From: the human T2T-CHM13v2.0 reference genome, Homo sapiens
Direction: 5' to 3'
Assembly: GCA_009914755.4 (NCBI GenBank)
Contig: CP086569.2
Span: forward strand, 2,624,001-2,688,000
Length of the DNA stretch: 64,000 nt
This document shows, piece after piece, positions 14,236-29,831 of this stretch. The first letter of the stretch is position 1, and the number at the start of each line of letters is the position of its first letter. The translations under genes were made by a program, and so were the position numbers. The notes below the pieces were generated by a model. The model did no database searches. It saw only the letters and a list, made by a program, of their open reading frames with translations, and was not told the origin of the DNA.

Positions 14236-14808
14236 GAGCTGATGCTACACACATGGATGGTGATCAGATTGTTGTGGAAATACAAGAAGCAGTTTTTGTT
14301 TCTAATATTGTGGATTCTGACATAACTGTGCATAACTTTGTTCCTGATGACCCAGACTCAGTTGTAATCCAAGATGTTGTTGAAGATGTTGTCATAGAGG
14401 AGGATGTTCAGTGCTCAGATATCTTAGAAGAGGCAGATGTATCTGAAAATGTCATCATTCCTGAGCAAGTGCTGGACTCAGATGTAACTGAAGAAGTTTC
14501 TTTACCACACTGCACAGTCCCAGATGATGTTTTAGCTTCTGACATTACTTCAACCTCAATGTCTATGCCAGAACATGTTTTAACGAGTGAATCCATGCAT
14601 GTGTGTGACATTGGACATGTTGAACATATGGTGCATGATAGTGTAGTGGAAGCAGAAATCATTACTGATCCTCTGACGAGTGACATAGTTTCAGAAGAAG
14701 TATTGGTAGCAGACTGTGCCCCTGAAGCAGTCATAGATGCCAGCGGGATCTCAGTGGACCAGCAAGATAATGACAAAGCCAGCTGTGAGGACTACCTAAT
14801 GATTTCGT
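14236..14808 (+). CDS. ZFY: ZFY acidic transactivation-domain exon (573 nt, phase 1/1)
   Basis: AG acceptor at 14234-14235, GTAAGT donor at 14809; six-frame ORF 14253-14864 gives the D/E/V-rich [36 protein letters not shown]...CEDYLMIS typical of the ZFX/ZFY N-terminal acidic domain. Confidence 0.9.
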
Positions 14809-17800
14809 GTAAGTCATGGGGTACAGTGATTTTAAGCAATGTTTTTGAAACCTGTGTTTTCTAACATAAATAATGGTGAAATTTTATTGAGTTTAACTTC
14901 TGTAAAGTTAAAGTAGAAATGATAAACCTACATGCATTGTTGCTTAGTTTGCATCCCAGAAGATAAACCGTAATTAAGTGACATGGTGCAGAAGAGAGTT
15001 ATTTCTATATTAGGATAGAACATAAGGATGAAAGAATAAGAAATGAAAATAACAGAATTGAGTCTTATGAAATCATACAAAGTATGATTGGTCTGTTACT
15101 CACCTTCAGATTTATCCCTGAGACTTGTAATCAGTTTTTTTAAAGTCTTTTTATTATGTAGTCATTTCACTTTCCCCTTTTTTTCTACCTTATTGTCCGT
15201 TTTCTCTTTAAGTAATGATTTTTTGTTGTTGTTTAATTCATTACTGGCTTTGGAGTTAAATCTAGTGAATTCTCTGAAATACAGTGGTCTCACCAAGACC
15301 ATCAACCACTAATTTATTTAGGTTTGAAATTGATTTCAAATTTTACATTGTACTAGTTTTATGTTTTGCTCACTAATCCTCATGGGATGCTGGCTTTGTT
15401 GATTGTGTTTATAACTTTGTCAACCAGAACATGACTGGACATACTTTTGCTTATGCAGCAGCTGCTGTAGTCATTCTGTTACTAAAATCCCTGACTCTGT
15501 GTCTCTAATATTTTTAACTTCAATATCTAGGTATATTTTCTACGTTAATATGGTTACAACTTACGGAATCATTGTGTCATTTACCTGCTGATTTAAATAA
15601 TTTAGTTATCCTAATTGACCAGTTCATTACTACGGTCTTTGGAATGAAGTTTTATAGTGTAGATTTAGTTTAGAGCATTCCCATTAATATTAAATACCGC
15701 CTACACTCCTCTTCCTGTGTCTTTGAGCATAGCACAGCAAAAGAGTTGTGCAGGCATTTTCGTGGGCACAGGGAGAGTAGGCATTTACCTCTTATATGAT
15801 CAAGTGTACCATTATGGCCTAGTTTTCTGATAATGATAATTTTCTACCTCCCTCTGAACCTGCTTAATGATTTTAAACAGCCTCATTCAACTGATTTAAT
15901 AAACATTTATTTCTGTGTGTAAAAACTTATTCTATGAAGTGTTTAAATATTTAAGATTAATAATTTACAGTTTTTGACCTTCGGTTTATAACCTGGTGTG
16001 CCCAAAAAAAGGGGGAGTAAGGTGGTGTTTAGCTCTTTGAAAATGTAATAATAAATATTTTTATATGCTGAATTTATCTAGCTATTTCAATTTTTTTTTT
16101 GCTAGCTCTTGTTTCTTCCAGAAGAAATATCTACTCTCATGCTGCATTTGTAATTAAAAATCCTGTAGGGCTGAGGGTAAGGGGACATATTTAGGGTTGA
16201 CAGGTTTTTCTTAAAGTATATAAAGGAAGTACGGTCTGATTTTATATTAATATAGAGAATACTGAGAATACTGTCATTGACAGTAAGCTTTAATGCTTTC
16301 CATAATGTTATGAGAGTTGGTAATATCTTTTACATTCTTTAATATAGTTATTTAATACATAGATTAAAGGTTTTAAAACATTGTTTAAGTACACTTTACA
16401 ATCTAAAATATGTTACTGGATTTAAGAGCTTATTTCTGTCTTTAGTAGCAGGTTTTTCTCCTCTGAATGTCTCATTTAAAATGATGAGAGAGTCCTCTAT
16501 GGTATCACAGTAGTATATCTGCACAAAAGTGCTCACTGTTACACCCTAAGTGCTATTGAGATCAACATGACCTCTTTATATACTCTTTACAGTATAGATG
16601 TTACTATTGGCTTTTAAGTTGATTATATCATCTTTAAGGACAGGTCCCCCTCAAACCTGTGCATATTTGGTATAAAATATTTGTTGAGTGAACACTTAGG
16701 TGAACTTTATAGCTGAACGTTTGTGCATATCATGTCTCATCCAAAGGGCATCTAGTTAGTTGTTTTAGCAATCTACCTGGTGTTTCTAATAAATTATGAC
16801 TTTGGTCATAGTGAACATTCAGTGATTAAATGAATAAATGAAGCCCAATCCTCATATCTAAAGCAGAAAGCCTATGGATCAATACAGTTTGATGATTTGT
16901 TTAATGATTCTAGTGGCTATTAGAGCAGAATAGGGCTGGTAAAGTAGTTGTTTATTGTAATTATTTTATATTTTTTGTATATACACATTGCATATATTAA
17001 TTTTGCTTATCCTTCTGTTCTATAACTCATTATTAGACGTATATATCTAAATATATATATATATGTTTTAAGCTACCTACTAGTTTTGCTTTGTTTTGTA
17101 AAACCATTTGGCAAAATGGTACCAAATGCAAGAATTTTAAAAATGTATATCTACAAGGGATGATTTCTGAAAAGTGAATAAAGATATTTTAGGGAGATAG
17201 GTTGTTTTAAGTTTTGATAAATTTCTGAAACGTGTTTTTTCATAAGACTTTCAAAAACTAATGATTTTTATGTAGGAACTCTAAAATGTATTTAGAAAAT
17301 CTTAAAGCACATGCGCAGTGTTTCAAAGGAGATAAGCTAATCAAAGGAGATAGAAATCAAACGGTTGGAATTTAGGAAAGAAGCTGAACAGAGAAATAAC
17401 ATTATCAAGGTAAAAGAGACTATAAAAGCAGCAATTAAAATAAATGTGGATTAGTATTAATATGACTGGAGACCTTCTGATTGGGCTTTAGAAAATTGCC
17501 AAAATGAAATGATGAAAAAACAGACGTAAAAATGATTATGGACAAGATTAGCAGACATGAGAAACAGAAGGCAAACTTAGATACAGAAAAGAAGAAAACA
17601 ATTAATATGACAGAAAGTTATGGAAGAAAGCTTTCCTGAAATTAGGAATGATTAGAGTACAGCAATGAAAATGGCAGAGTAAAGAACACTGAAAAACTTC
17701 TCTTTTATAAAAATAATGAGAACAATGGTTAAAAAATTATCAGAGTAACATTTTTCAGCACTCTGAAAACTAAATGATTGTAGCAATAGAGGGGGTACTG

Positions 17801-17912
17801 GATATTGGTGAGATTGTGCCCTTTTAATTTGCTGTTTACATCCACTCCTCCCAAGCTGTACGTTAGCCTTAAAAACTGACATCTGACAAATATAAAAAAA
17901 GGAGCAGTCACG

Positions 17913-18200
17913 GAAGATAACAGCAGCTCATGCCTGTAATCCTAGTGGTTTGGGAGGCTTGGCCAGGAGGATCACTTGGGGCCAGGAGTTTGAGACCATC
18001 CTGGTCAACATAGTGAGACCCTATCTCTAAAAAAGTTAAAAAATTATGTGAGCATGGTGGTATGCACCTGTAGTCCCAACTACTTGAGGCTGAGGTGGGA
18101 GTATCCTTTGAACTCAGGAGATCACGATTGCAGTGAGTTATGATTATGCTACTGCACTTCAACCAAGAGCAACACTCTGACTCAAAAATTTTTTTTTCTT
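17913..18200 (+). mobile_element. Alu
   Basis: gctcatgcctgtaatcctagtggtttgggaggcttggccaggaggatcacttgg...gcagtgagttatgattatgctactgcacttcaacc. Confidence 0.8.
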
Positions 18201-18296
18201 TTAAACAGTAGTCTGGCAGTTACTGGAGGAGGAAGAAAGGCCCATTTTTAGAGAACTGATATTATTTGACCTGTTGGTGGTGACCTGCAAGACCCA

Positions 18297-18618
18297 CCCT
18301 TTTTTTTTTTTTTTTTTTGAGACAGAGTCTTGCCCTTTTACCCAGGCTGGACCCCAGTGCTGTGATCTCAGCTCACCGCAGCTGCCAACTCCTGGGTTCA
18401 AGCGATTCTTGTGCCTCAGCCTCCTGAGTAGCTGGGACTACAGGTGCTGCGCCACCACAGCCCAGCTAATTTTTTTTTAATTTTTTTTTAATTTTTGGTA
18501 GAGATGGGGTTTCTCCATGTTGGCCTGTCTGGTCTCTAACTCCTAGCCCCAAGTGATATACCCACCTTGGCCTCCCAAAGTGTTGGAATTACAGGTGTAA
18601 GCCACTGCACCCAAGACC
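18297..18618 (-). mobile_element. Alu
   Basis: ttttttgagacagagtcttgcccttttacccaggctgg...cctcccaaagtgttggaattacaggtgtaagccactgcaccc. Confidence 0.85.
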
Positions 18619-19919
18619 TCACTTAGACTATTGACTTAGACTCTGAACTTCTGTAGTATGATCAGCCTTCTCCTTTGGGTTGTTGGTTGAAAATTGTAGA
18701 GACAGCTGTTGAACATACTGGTTTTTAAGGCAATTGATACAGTTAGGGCAAACAATAGATACACTAAAGCTTAAAAGGAAAGAAAAGTCCAGTAGTGGAA
18801 TGAAGAGTCCAGAGGGCTTTGAAAAACTGGGACATATTCCTGATAATCTTGAATGTGATAATGCCAGGTCTGTGGCCCTGCTAAGGAAAGGCTTGGCAAG
18901 GCCTTAGGCTCACACTTCGGGTAATCTTCAAGGGCTGCCCAAATAAATAAAAGCCAGTGTAGAACTATAAACAGCCTGAATGAATATTTCAACATGCATG
19001 TGGAGCCAAAAACTGCTGGTTCTACACATCTCTGTCAAGTCATAAGCTGAATATGTATTTTATGTAATTAGATAGACTTTTAAATTGCTGCATATGACAA
19101 AACACACACACACTTTATAGGATTAGTTTAGGAAAGTCACAGTACTGTTGTTTACTAAGCAACAGTAACCAATCATAACACACATTAGGAAAATGAAGAA
19201 TCTGATTTTCACAGTTGCCAAATTATATTATTTTAAATGTTCAGTTTTCAACAACAACAAAAAATGAGACAGGCACAAAACCAAAAAAAAAGTACAGCCT
19301 ATACGCAAGAAAAAGCACAGCCAACAGAAATTCATTCTAAGGAAGTCCAGACACAGTAACTAGAGTAGCTTATAAATCAGTTATATTACATTGTTCAAAG
19401 GCCTAATTAGGAAGTCATGTGTGAAGAAATAAAGGAAAGTAGGAGAATGATGTCTCATTAAGTGGAGAATATCAATAATCAGAAATTAAAAAGAACTAAA
19501 TAGAATCTGGGGTGGAAAATTATGACAACTGAAATGAAGATTTCACCAGATGAACTCAAAAGTAGATTTAAACAGGCAGAAGAAAGAATCAGCAAACTTG
19601 TAGGAACTTCAATTAAGATTATCTCGTCTGAAGAGAAAGAAAAATAAGACAAATTAATATAGTCTTATATAATCTATGGAACGCCATGAAGTAAGCATAC
19701 CAAGATATACTGTACCAGGAGTGAGAGGGAAGAAAGAAATTGGCTTAAAGAATAGTTTAATAATAGCTGAAAACTTCACAAATTTGATGAAAAACTGTAA
19801 TCTTCACTTGTAAGAAGTTGCGTGAATTACAAGGGATCCATGTTTAGACACAAGACATTTTATGTTGTCAAAAGACAGATACATTTTTTAAAGCAGTAAG
19901 GTAGAAGTCACTTCTCACA

Positions 19920-20070
19920 TACAAGTCCTCCCTCCTTCCCTCCCTCCCTCCCTTTTCTCCTTTCTTCCTTTCCTTCTCTTCCATCCATCCTTTTTTTTTT
20001 TTTTTGAGATGGAGTCTTTCTCTGTCGCCCGGGCTGTAATGCAGTGGTATGACTTCGGCTCACTGATGTT
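19920..20070. repeat. (TCCC/CCTT)n polypyrimidine simple repeat (19920-19990) followed by a 5'-truncated minus-strand Alu fragment (19993-20070)
   Basis: cctccctccttccctccctccctcccttttctcctttcttcctttccttctcttccatccatcc then tttttgagatggagtctttctctgtcgcccgggctgtaatgcagtgg. Confidence 0.8.
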
Positions 20071-20706
20071 GTACAGCCATTGTGACAAAGTTTGGCAATT
20101 CCTGGAAAAGTTAAATTTACATAGGATTACCATATGACCCAGCAGCTCTCTTCTGGATATACCCAAGAGAACTGAAAACATATGTCCACAAAACAGTTTA
20201 TATATTGTACAAATGTTCATAGCATCATTATTCATAGTAGCCAAAGAGTAGCAACAACTTTAATATCTATCAGTTGAATTGATAAAATGTGGTATATCTG
20301 TCTAATGAAATATTATTTGATCATAAAAAGTAATGAAGCACTGATGAATGCCATAGCATGGATGAACTTTGAAAACATTGTGTCAAAGTGCAAGAAGTGG
20401 GTGCAGTATCTAGAATAGGTATGTATGTAAAGTCAAAAAGTATATTGTTGCCTAGTGTTCGTGGATAGTGTTGTGTGGAATAGGGAGTAGTAGCTAAATG
20501 GTACAGCGATTTCTTGTGAGGGTGATAGAAATTTTCTGCAATTAGTGGTGTTGCTTGCACAGCTCTGTGAATTTGCACAGCTGTCTGAAAACCCACTGGT
20601 TTGTATGCTTTACATACTATGCAATAGTAACTCATATTATGTGAATTTCCTCTCAGTGCCAAAAAAAAAAAATTGGAATCTTTTAAGGCAATTCATTTTC
20701 TGCTAA

Positions 20707-21026
<320 letters not shown>

Positions 21027-21446
21027 AAAACTATTAATAATCATCATTATATTAATGAACTTAAGGATCAAGAATTATATAGTCACCCACATCAAAATAC
21101 TCAATGCTATACACAGTGCAACAAAGCCTAAAGTTTCTGAGGAAAGTATAGCTTAAGAATTTTATACCCAGACAAATTATTCAAGTCAAAATTACAGGTA
21201 GACATTTTCAAACATCCAGGATTTCAGAAATTTTAACACCCATGTGTGATGGAGTTGCTGCTTGGTACCATAAACCAAAAGATGAATTAGTAGAAAAAGA
21301 CTCAAGAATGGAGAACTGATAAAATAATGAGTAGTGATTTTTGAATTAATTTAATGTAAAATTGGAGTAAACATTTATACAAATTAAGGTTATGTAACAT
21401 GGTAAATGTCTACAAAATATTAACGAAAATATTTGCCGTGGCATGA

Positions 21447-21777
<331 letters not shown>

Positions 21778-24700
21778 TTCATCTTTTATAGCAGGTGACA
21801 GTAGATAATATCTTTACAATATGATTCCTACCTATTATTTTTATCGTATTTTTCTTAGAGTATTTTAAAATCTTCTCTTGAATTAATAGACATTTAATTG
21901 ATCATCATTCATATAACAAATTGAATGTTAGATAGTTACTAAGGCTAGACAGTATTGTCAAGTCTTGAGATACATCAGTGCACAAAATAGAGATTCCTTT
22001 CTCTCATCATTGTGGACTTGTAGTATGGCTGTACCTGTATCAAATTATTTAAATGTATATTAGAATGTGTCTTGGGAAAGTAGAAGAGTTTAATCAAAAT
22101 GATTGTGAGTTTCAGAGATGGTCAAGGATGCCTTGCTGGAAGGATGACAGTTTGTCATAGACTTCAGTTTGAGTTGTATCATAAACTTCAAAAAGGAAAT
22201 GCATGTATTAATCTTAGTAGAGAGGACAGTGACAGTTTGCATCAAATGCAGCAACTTAGGCAAGTCAGATGAGGACTCAGAATTGGTCATGTATGTCTTT
22301 GGTGAACAGATTCAGTGAAATCATGGACAAAAGCTTGATGGAAGTATTAAATAAGTTTAGAGAAAGAATGTGCAATGAGAATCACTGGAGATATGAAACA
22401 GTTGCTTGCAGGAGAAGTGGGATCAAGAGGAGATGGAATTTTTGTTTGTTTTAGTGTTGTTTCAAGAGAAAAAGCTTATTTGTTTCCTGATGGGAGTGTT
22501 CCTTTACTGGGTGATAGATAAATTGATGGTTTAAGGGATAACTGCAAAAAAACAGAAAAGAGAAGGTATAATTTAGTGCTTATGTGGAGGTATTGTTTTT
22601 AAGTGGAAAGGAACACTGCTTGTCTGTGGCAGTGTGCAGGAAATACAAAGTTTGTGAATTAGTTGTTGACAGTAGGACAGATGTGGCAGACAGCAGATCA
22701 TCTTTTCTGTTTTGGGTTCTTCGTAAGGTGGGAAATAAGATCAACAGGCAGGCAGTATTGGAATTTTAAGAAAAATATGGCAAATAGCATCTACTCAAGA
22801 TTCATATTGTATATTTAAAGATGATGCTATCTACATCATGCTTTTTTTTTCTATCTAGACTTAGCTGCATAGATGTAGATGCTGACATAAATTATATCAG
22901 GCAGGTTTGTGGTTTTGCCAGCCAAGTATTATGAAATCAGTCAGGGGCATAGGAGTTGAAAAAATATGCAAGAGAACAGTTAGAATGACCAGCCATGGAA
23001 TTAAGCTGTTTTACTTGTTCAAATTGCTATAAAATTTTTGTTTAAAAGTAACATTTCAATTTTAATTTTAAACTTGTATTTGTCCTTTCTGTTCTTTTAC
23101 TTATATATATGCATTGAGAAATATCTGAATAATATTATTGTAAATTCTATTCATATTTCAGATGGTTTGTTTTTGAGCACTCTTTAATTTTTAAGTAGTT
23201 TCTTAAATATTAAAGTGGATCATCTCAAGAAAAAGCTATCTTTTAGGGCAAAGTTGAAGAAGCATAAGGGAATAAATAATAAAATAGTATTGTTTAAATT
23301 TGGGGCCCATGAGATATTGAGGACAATAATACTGTAAAGACCAAAGGAGTTTGGGCAGATTTTGGTTGCTAGACTGTGCAATTTGTATTTTACTTGGTAG
23401 GAAAAGGAGTGCTAGAGACTAGGGCTGGAGGGTAAAGTAACTGGATCTTTCTTTTAAGAAGACAGAAAATTGATACCAATTTTCTTGATACCATTGATAC
23501 CAATGTCAGGGTGTTTGGTTGGAAACCTTAGGAGAGAGAAATCAGGTAAACTGTTTGTTTCTGAGGTTGGTGGTAAATGAACTTTAACAACCTGGTTTTG
23601 AAAGATGAGACAATTTGAGTGGAGAGGCACAAGCCATGTTCTTGCATTGTAAGACTGCAAAGCAAAAGAATAGCAACGTTTTTATGATATTAATTTAGAC
23701 AAAATGCAGTCCAGTGGAAATCCAACATCCAATTTTTTTTGTCAGCAAAACTGTAATTCTTTTTCTGAGGAAAACAAAGAGAAGTGAGATAACATGACTA
23801 GCTAAAAATTAAGCTGTGAATTATAAAGACAGACATCCTTCTCATTTCCTCACCTCTCCCTTTCGTAGCTGATTGGCTTGTGTTATTACAGCAGGTTTTA
23901 CTAGCATTATTGGAATCTTTAACTCCCTAGCTTGTTTCATGCCCTTCCAATTACCTCTCCAGCTTTTACTACTTAGGTTAATTTGTGAATTCTTTCTTGC
24001 CCCTGCCTTAAATTGTAATCTCACTGGGACTGTGATTTTCTTTACACTCATGATTTCTTTACAGCTCATGATTTTCTTTACACTGCAGTTTGCTGATGGC
24101 TTCCAAATTGGTGTTGATCTTCAGCTTTCAGAGTTGAATATTCTGTAGGTGGCTTCATATGTCATTCATTCCGTCTTCTCAGTTTATTCTTAAATATGAC
24201 CCAACTCCAGCCTTTATCCCAATTTATACTACCTCTGTCCTGATTCAAGGCTTCATTATCTGTCACCTAAATGTACTTGAAGCTGTAGTGCCCTGCTTCA
24301 TTTCTTGATCTCTTCAAATCTGCTTTTTTATAAGGCCAGCAGGATGCTTTGGCAAAAATACTGATCTTAGTGACTGGTCTTTTTAAAAGCAGAAATTATC
24401 AGATCTCTGATAAGAATCCCCAAGAGTAGGATACCTTGAAGTCTATTTTGTATACAAGTTCATTCCATACCTGCAGATCTGGTTTTAATCAGATTGAGAA
24501 ACTTGCAGTCTACCAGAATTAAGTTTGAGCCCCTCTGCCTGGTGCATAAAGTCCTCCATGACCTGGTTTTGCTTTACCTGTAGTTCACATTTCCCACTAT
24601 GGCCTAATTTGCAGCAGTATTGAAGAACACACTCTCTTACTGTCCTGTCCCCCTACCTGCTGTATCCTTTGCATAGAATAAGTGCCATTCTCTTCCAGTC

Positions 24701-24949
24701 TACATAACGTACCTTCACTTTTTTTTGTGGCAGCTGTTATTGCACTTTGCAACATTTGCCAAAACGTTTCTGACTCCCCAGCCTGTTTTATAGTAACACT
24801 CATATGGACACCTTGAAAATTTATAAAATATTATTTCATTGGATGAGAAAATGAATCAATTTTAATAAAAATAATTTACACCAATGTTAACATTAAAGAT
24901 TGCACTAGAGTTCAAAATTAGTATATTTTTATGTTTAAAGAAATTTTAG

Positions 24950-25250
24950 GCCAAGTGCAGTGGCCTGAGCCTGTAATCCCAGCACTTTGGGAGACTGAGG
25001 CAAGTGGATCACTTGAGGTCGGGAAGTTCAAGACCAGCCTGGCTAATATGGCAAAACCCCATCTCTACTAAAAATGCAAAAATTAACAATGCTTGATGGC
25101 AATGCCTGTAATCGCAGCTATTTGGGAGGCAGAGGCAGGAGAGTCACTTGAACTTGGGAGTTGCCGTGAGCTGAGATAGCGCCAGTGCACTCCAGCCTGA
25201 GTAACTGAGACTCCTATCTCAAAAAAAAAAAAAAAAAAAAGAGAGATTTT
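24950..25250 (+). mobile_element. Alu with poly-A
   Basis: ggccaagtgcagtggcctgagcctgtaatcccagcactttgggagactgaggcaagtggatcacttgaggtcgggaagttcaagaccagcctggc... Confidence 0.85.
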
Positions 25251-26223
25251 AACTTTTTCTTCTAAGTAATCTTTTAAATTTACTTTAAGGAATCAGGTAG
25301 TGTCTAAGTGACATTTTGTTTTGAAGACAAGTGTATATTAAAATGTGATTTGCCAATGTTACTGTATCCAAAATAGACAAAAAAACTCTTTTCCCCATTG
25401 TTTTGGGTTCTTACATCTTGTGTTTAAGTAGTTAAGTTTTAGTTGCTTTTAGTAGCCCAGTGTTTCAAGTTCTCATATTGTAGGTTAAGTAGTTAGATTT
25501 TATAATATCCGTGTTTGTAACAAGGAGATGCTATTTGAAAGTAGTCCATAATTTCTAGTAAGAAACTAAATTATATCGTCATTGTATTTTTGTTTTTTTT
25601 ATGTTGGCTTTAGATAATTTTGATTAGACAAATATAGTTTTGGATCTTTTGAAGAACAAGACGGGGAATTTGAAAAGTATGCAGAGATTTCAAAATCTAA
25701 ATTCTGTGTTTATAAGCCACTGCTGAAAGTTAAGACTAAGAATTTAAAACCTAAAATAGTCAAAACTATTACCATTGCCTTTTGTAAGTAATGCTTATTG
25801 TAGTTGAGTTGTGAATACATTTATCTGCTCTACACTAATGAAAAACATCTTTTGTTATACTGTTCTTTATTTCTTACAAAAAATTATTATTGCCTCTAAC
25901 AATTTAAACTTAACAGCATTCTTCAAACACCAGAGGTTGATGGTGGTTTCTTGTGAATTACATGGATCAAGATTTGAATTCTGGTTTTGCCAGTTACTAG
26001 ATGTGTGACCTTAGATAAATCATTCAAGTTTTCTAAACTTCAGTTTGCTTTACTGTAAAATGTCGACAGTATTATAGCACTTCCTCATGGAGTTATGAGT
26101 ATTAAGTAATGCTTTCAGTAATCACTTAATAAAAAGTAACTACATTATTATGATCACATTTTAAAATAATCATCTGTTCACCTGTCTGCTTTTTCACTGA
26201 ATTACAAATTTCTTGGGTCCATT

Positions 26224-26510
26224 ACTTTTTTTTTTTTTTTTTGGAGACAGCCTTTCTCTGTTGCCCATGTTTGCGTGCAGTGGTGAGATCTTAGCTCACT
26301 GCAACCTCTGCCTCCTGGGTTTAAACGATTCTTGTGCCTCGGACTCCCAAGAAGCTGGGATTACAGGCATGTGTCATTATGCCCAGCTAATTTTTGTATT
26401 TTCAGTAGAAAACATGTTTTGCCATGTTGGCCAGGCTGGCCTCAAGCAATCCACTCACGTCCACCTCCCAAAGCCCTGGGATTACAGGTGTGAGTCACCA
26501 CGCCTGGCCT
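26224..26510 (-). mobile_element. Alu (the 125-aa ORF 26213-26590 lies within it and is an artefact)
   Basis: tttttggagacagcctttctctgttgcccatgtttgcgtgcagtggtgagatcttagctcactgcaacctctgcctcctgggtt...ggtgtgagtcaccacgcctggcc. Confidence 0.85.
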
Positions 26511-27336
26511 TGGGTCAGTTTCTTTTAAAGTTTGCACCTCTAATACTTGCCCAGAGTCTGATTGATAGTTGTGAATCATTGTTTAATTGACTTAAACATA
26601 AACATTTAGCCAAAAGGATAATGAAATATATTCAGCAGAGGATTACAAAAACAAAACTAAAATGGGAAAGGGGAAATGAAAAAACTTCTTGGGGTCCTCC
26701 TCCTCTGTGGTTGGTCTCTTGCTGTGTCATACTGACCAGGTGGGCCCAGAACAGAGAGAACATTACTTAGTGTTTCTCTAATGGACCAAACATTGAAAAA
26801 TCCAATTTTTGTGATAAATTAAATTGTACTATGTGCTATGTGTTCATTAGTCTGTGCCACACTTTCTGTTATGCTAAAGATAGTAGTCAGTGCCCACAGT
26901 GGTGTGTAGTGTAAGGTTACATTATATGGGGGTTGTATTTTTGGTATTTACTGCAATCCAGAATGTATTTTTTAAGACATTATTTTTTACTTTTGTTAAT
27001 TTTGAAGTCCCAAGCATAACACCACACTTGATTCCCTTACCGTGTAACACTTAAAAGTTTGTTGTAGATTCCCTGAGCCCACTGTTGGAAATCATATGTT
27101 CACTTTATCGGTAAGTAAGGATTCTTTTTTTTTTTTTTAATACATAAACATGAAACAGGCTGCCTTAAGTATTTAAGAAGATACTTAAGTATACATCTTA
27201 CTGTATTTGCCAGCAGTAGACCCAGACTCATTAGAACTCATATATATGTTTTGTGTGTGTGGTTTTTTTTAAAAATGCATGTGTGTGTAGTGTTAGGTTT
27301 GAACAGGTTAATATCAGAATTTACAACTATTTTTAT

Positions 27337-27646
27337 ATTTATTTATTTATTTATTTATTTATTGAGACAGTTTCACTCTGTCATCCAGACTGGAGTACAG
27401 TGGTGCAATCTTGACTCACTGCAACCTCTGCCTCCCGGGTTCAAGTGATTTTCCTGCCTCAGCCTCCTGAGTAGCTGGTACTACAGGCTCCTGCCACCAT
27501 GCCCAACTCATTTTTTTGCATTTTTAGTGGAGACAGAGGTTTCACTATGTTGGCCAGGCTGGTCTCAAACTCCTGACCTCAGGTGATCCGCTGCATCGGC
27601 CTCCCAAAGTGCTGGGATTACAGACATGTGCCACCATGGCCAGCCA
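27337..27646 (-). mobile_element. Alu preceded by (TTTA)n
   Basis: atttatttatttatttatttattgagacagtttcactctgtcatccagactggagtacagtggtgcaatcttgactcactgcaacctctgcctcccgggttcaag... Confidence 0.85.
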
Positions 27647-27828
27647 GAATTTATGTTTCTGACAACCATATTTTGATTTTTAAAAAGTTTATGATTCTCA
27701 TAGAACAGATAAGACAATTGTATTCAGAAGTACTGAATGTTAGGTAATGCTCATAAAATATATTAGGACTAGTGTGTACTGAATTTACTAGTAGGACATT
27801 ATTTTTCAGATCTTCAAGAACATTGGTA

Positions 27829-28130
27829 AGCTGGATGCAGTGGCTCAAGCTTGTAATCCCAGCATTTTGTGAGGCTGAGGTGGGAGGATTGCTTGAGCCC
27901 AAGAGTTGGAGATAAGCTAGAGAAAACCAGTGAGACCTTGTCTGTACAAAGAAATAAAAAAATTAGCTGAGCATGGTGGCATACGCCTTTTGTCCCAGCT
28001 ACTCAAGTAGGCTGAGACAGGAGGATTGTTTGAGTTCTGGAGGTCAAAGGTGCAGTGAACTATAATTGTGCCACTGTACTCTAGCCTGAATGACAGAAAA
28101 AGAAAAGACCCCATCTCAAAAAATAAAACA
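27829..28130 (+). mobile_element. Alu, ~130 bp upstream of ZFY exon 28257; inverted relative to the Alu at 27337-27646
   Basis: gctggatgcagtggctcaagcttgtaatcccagcattttgtgaggctgaggtgggaggattgcttgagcccaagagttggag... Confidence 0.85.
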
Positions 28131-28256
28131 GAATACTTGTAATATTGTATGCTTTTACTTTATGATAAACAAAGATGACATATGTCCTTTCATTAGTTTT
28201 CTTAAGTTTTAAAGAATCTGCTGTTATGGTTGATGATATATTTTCTGCCTTTTCAG

Positions 28257-28406
28257 TGGATGATGCTGGCAAAATAGAACATGATGGTTCCACTGGAGTG
28301 ACCATCGATGCAGAATCAGAAATGGATCCTTGTAAAGTGGATAGCACTTGTCCTGAAGTCATCAAGGTGTACATTTTTAAAGCTGACCCTGGAGAAGATG
28401 ACTTAG
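28257..28406 (+). CDS. ZFY: ZFY coding exon (150 nt): LDDAGKIEHDGSTGVTIDAESEMDPCKVDSTCPEVIKVYIFKADPGEDDLG
   Basis: ttttcag acceptor ending 28256, GTAAGA donor at 28407; frame continues from the t at 14808 (t+tg = Leu). Confidence 0.9.
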
Positions 28407-28672
28407 GTAAGAGGAAGCTGTCAGCATTTTATACATTGTCATCCAAATGTTTCAACCAAATGGTGTCAAAAAAAGTAAACAGGTTACTTTTTTTCATTGA
28501 TACTTAACATTTAGTTTAGGTTATTTAGATTGGAAAATTTGAACTCTTTTCCAAAGACAACTTTTAAGACATATTTTTGAGTTAGTAATATAAAAATACA
28601 CTAAAACGTGTAAGCAAAATATGTGAAAATGAACTCTCAAATAATTTTTGGAGCTTTCATATTCTCTGATAG

Positions 28673-28816
28673 GTGGAACTGTAGACATTGTGGAGAGTGA
28701 ACCTGAAAATGATCATGGAGTTGAACTACTTGATCAGAACAGCAGTATTCGTGTTCCCAGGGAAAAGATGGTTTATATGACTGTCAATGACTCTCAACAA
28801 GAAGATGAAGATTTAA
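28673..28816 (+). CDS. ZFY: ZFY coding exon (144 nt): GTVDIVESEPENDHGVELLDQNSSIRVPREKMVYMTVNDSQQEDEDL(N)
   Basis: AG acceptor at 28671-28672, GTATGT donor at 28817; in frame with flanking exons. Confidence 0.9.
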
Positions 28817-28842
28817 GTATGTGGCTTTTTAAAAAAAAATTT

Positions 28843-29572
<730 letters not shown>

Positions 29573-29831
29573 AGCTGTCGTCTTTTTTTTTAATGTAACC
29601 AATATTTGAAAAAAAATAAGCAGCGCTGTTGTAGAGATTACTGTGTTGCCGTATTCCAAGAATAGATATCAGTGACTATGTATGTTTTGATAGTTGCTTT
29701 ATAAACTAATTATGGTGAAAGCCAAGAAACGAATAATTCAACCAATGTTTATTTTTTCCTACTAATGAATTTTTTCTGTGTGATCTCTGTAAACCTAGTC
29801 ACAAAAAATTTTTTATTTATTTTGTGCTTAG

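Noticed and set aside
14408-14776. 122-aa ORF on the minus strand
   Set aside because: It is antisense to the ZFY acidic-domain exon. The codon-biased D/E/V-rich sense strand leaves the antisense frame open by chance, and no independent signals support it.
26213-26590. 125-aa ORF ([30 protein letters not shown]...)
   Set aside because: It is entirely within a minus-strand Alu (26224-26510) and is the characteristic translated-Alu peptide. The same applies to ORFs 20743-21027, 21456-21659, 29216-29554, 40259-40444/39903-40226, 41892-42147, 46342-46724 and others.
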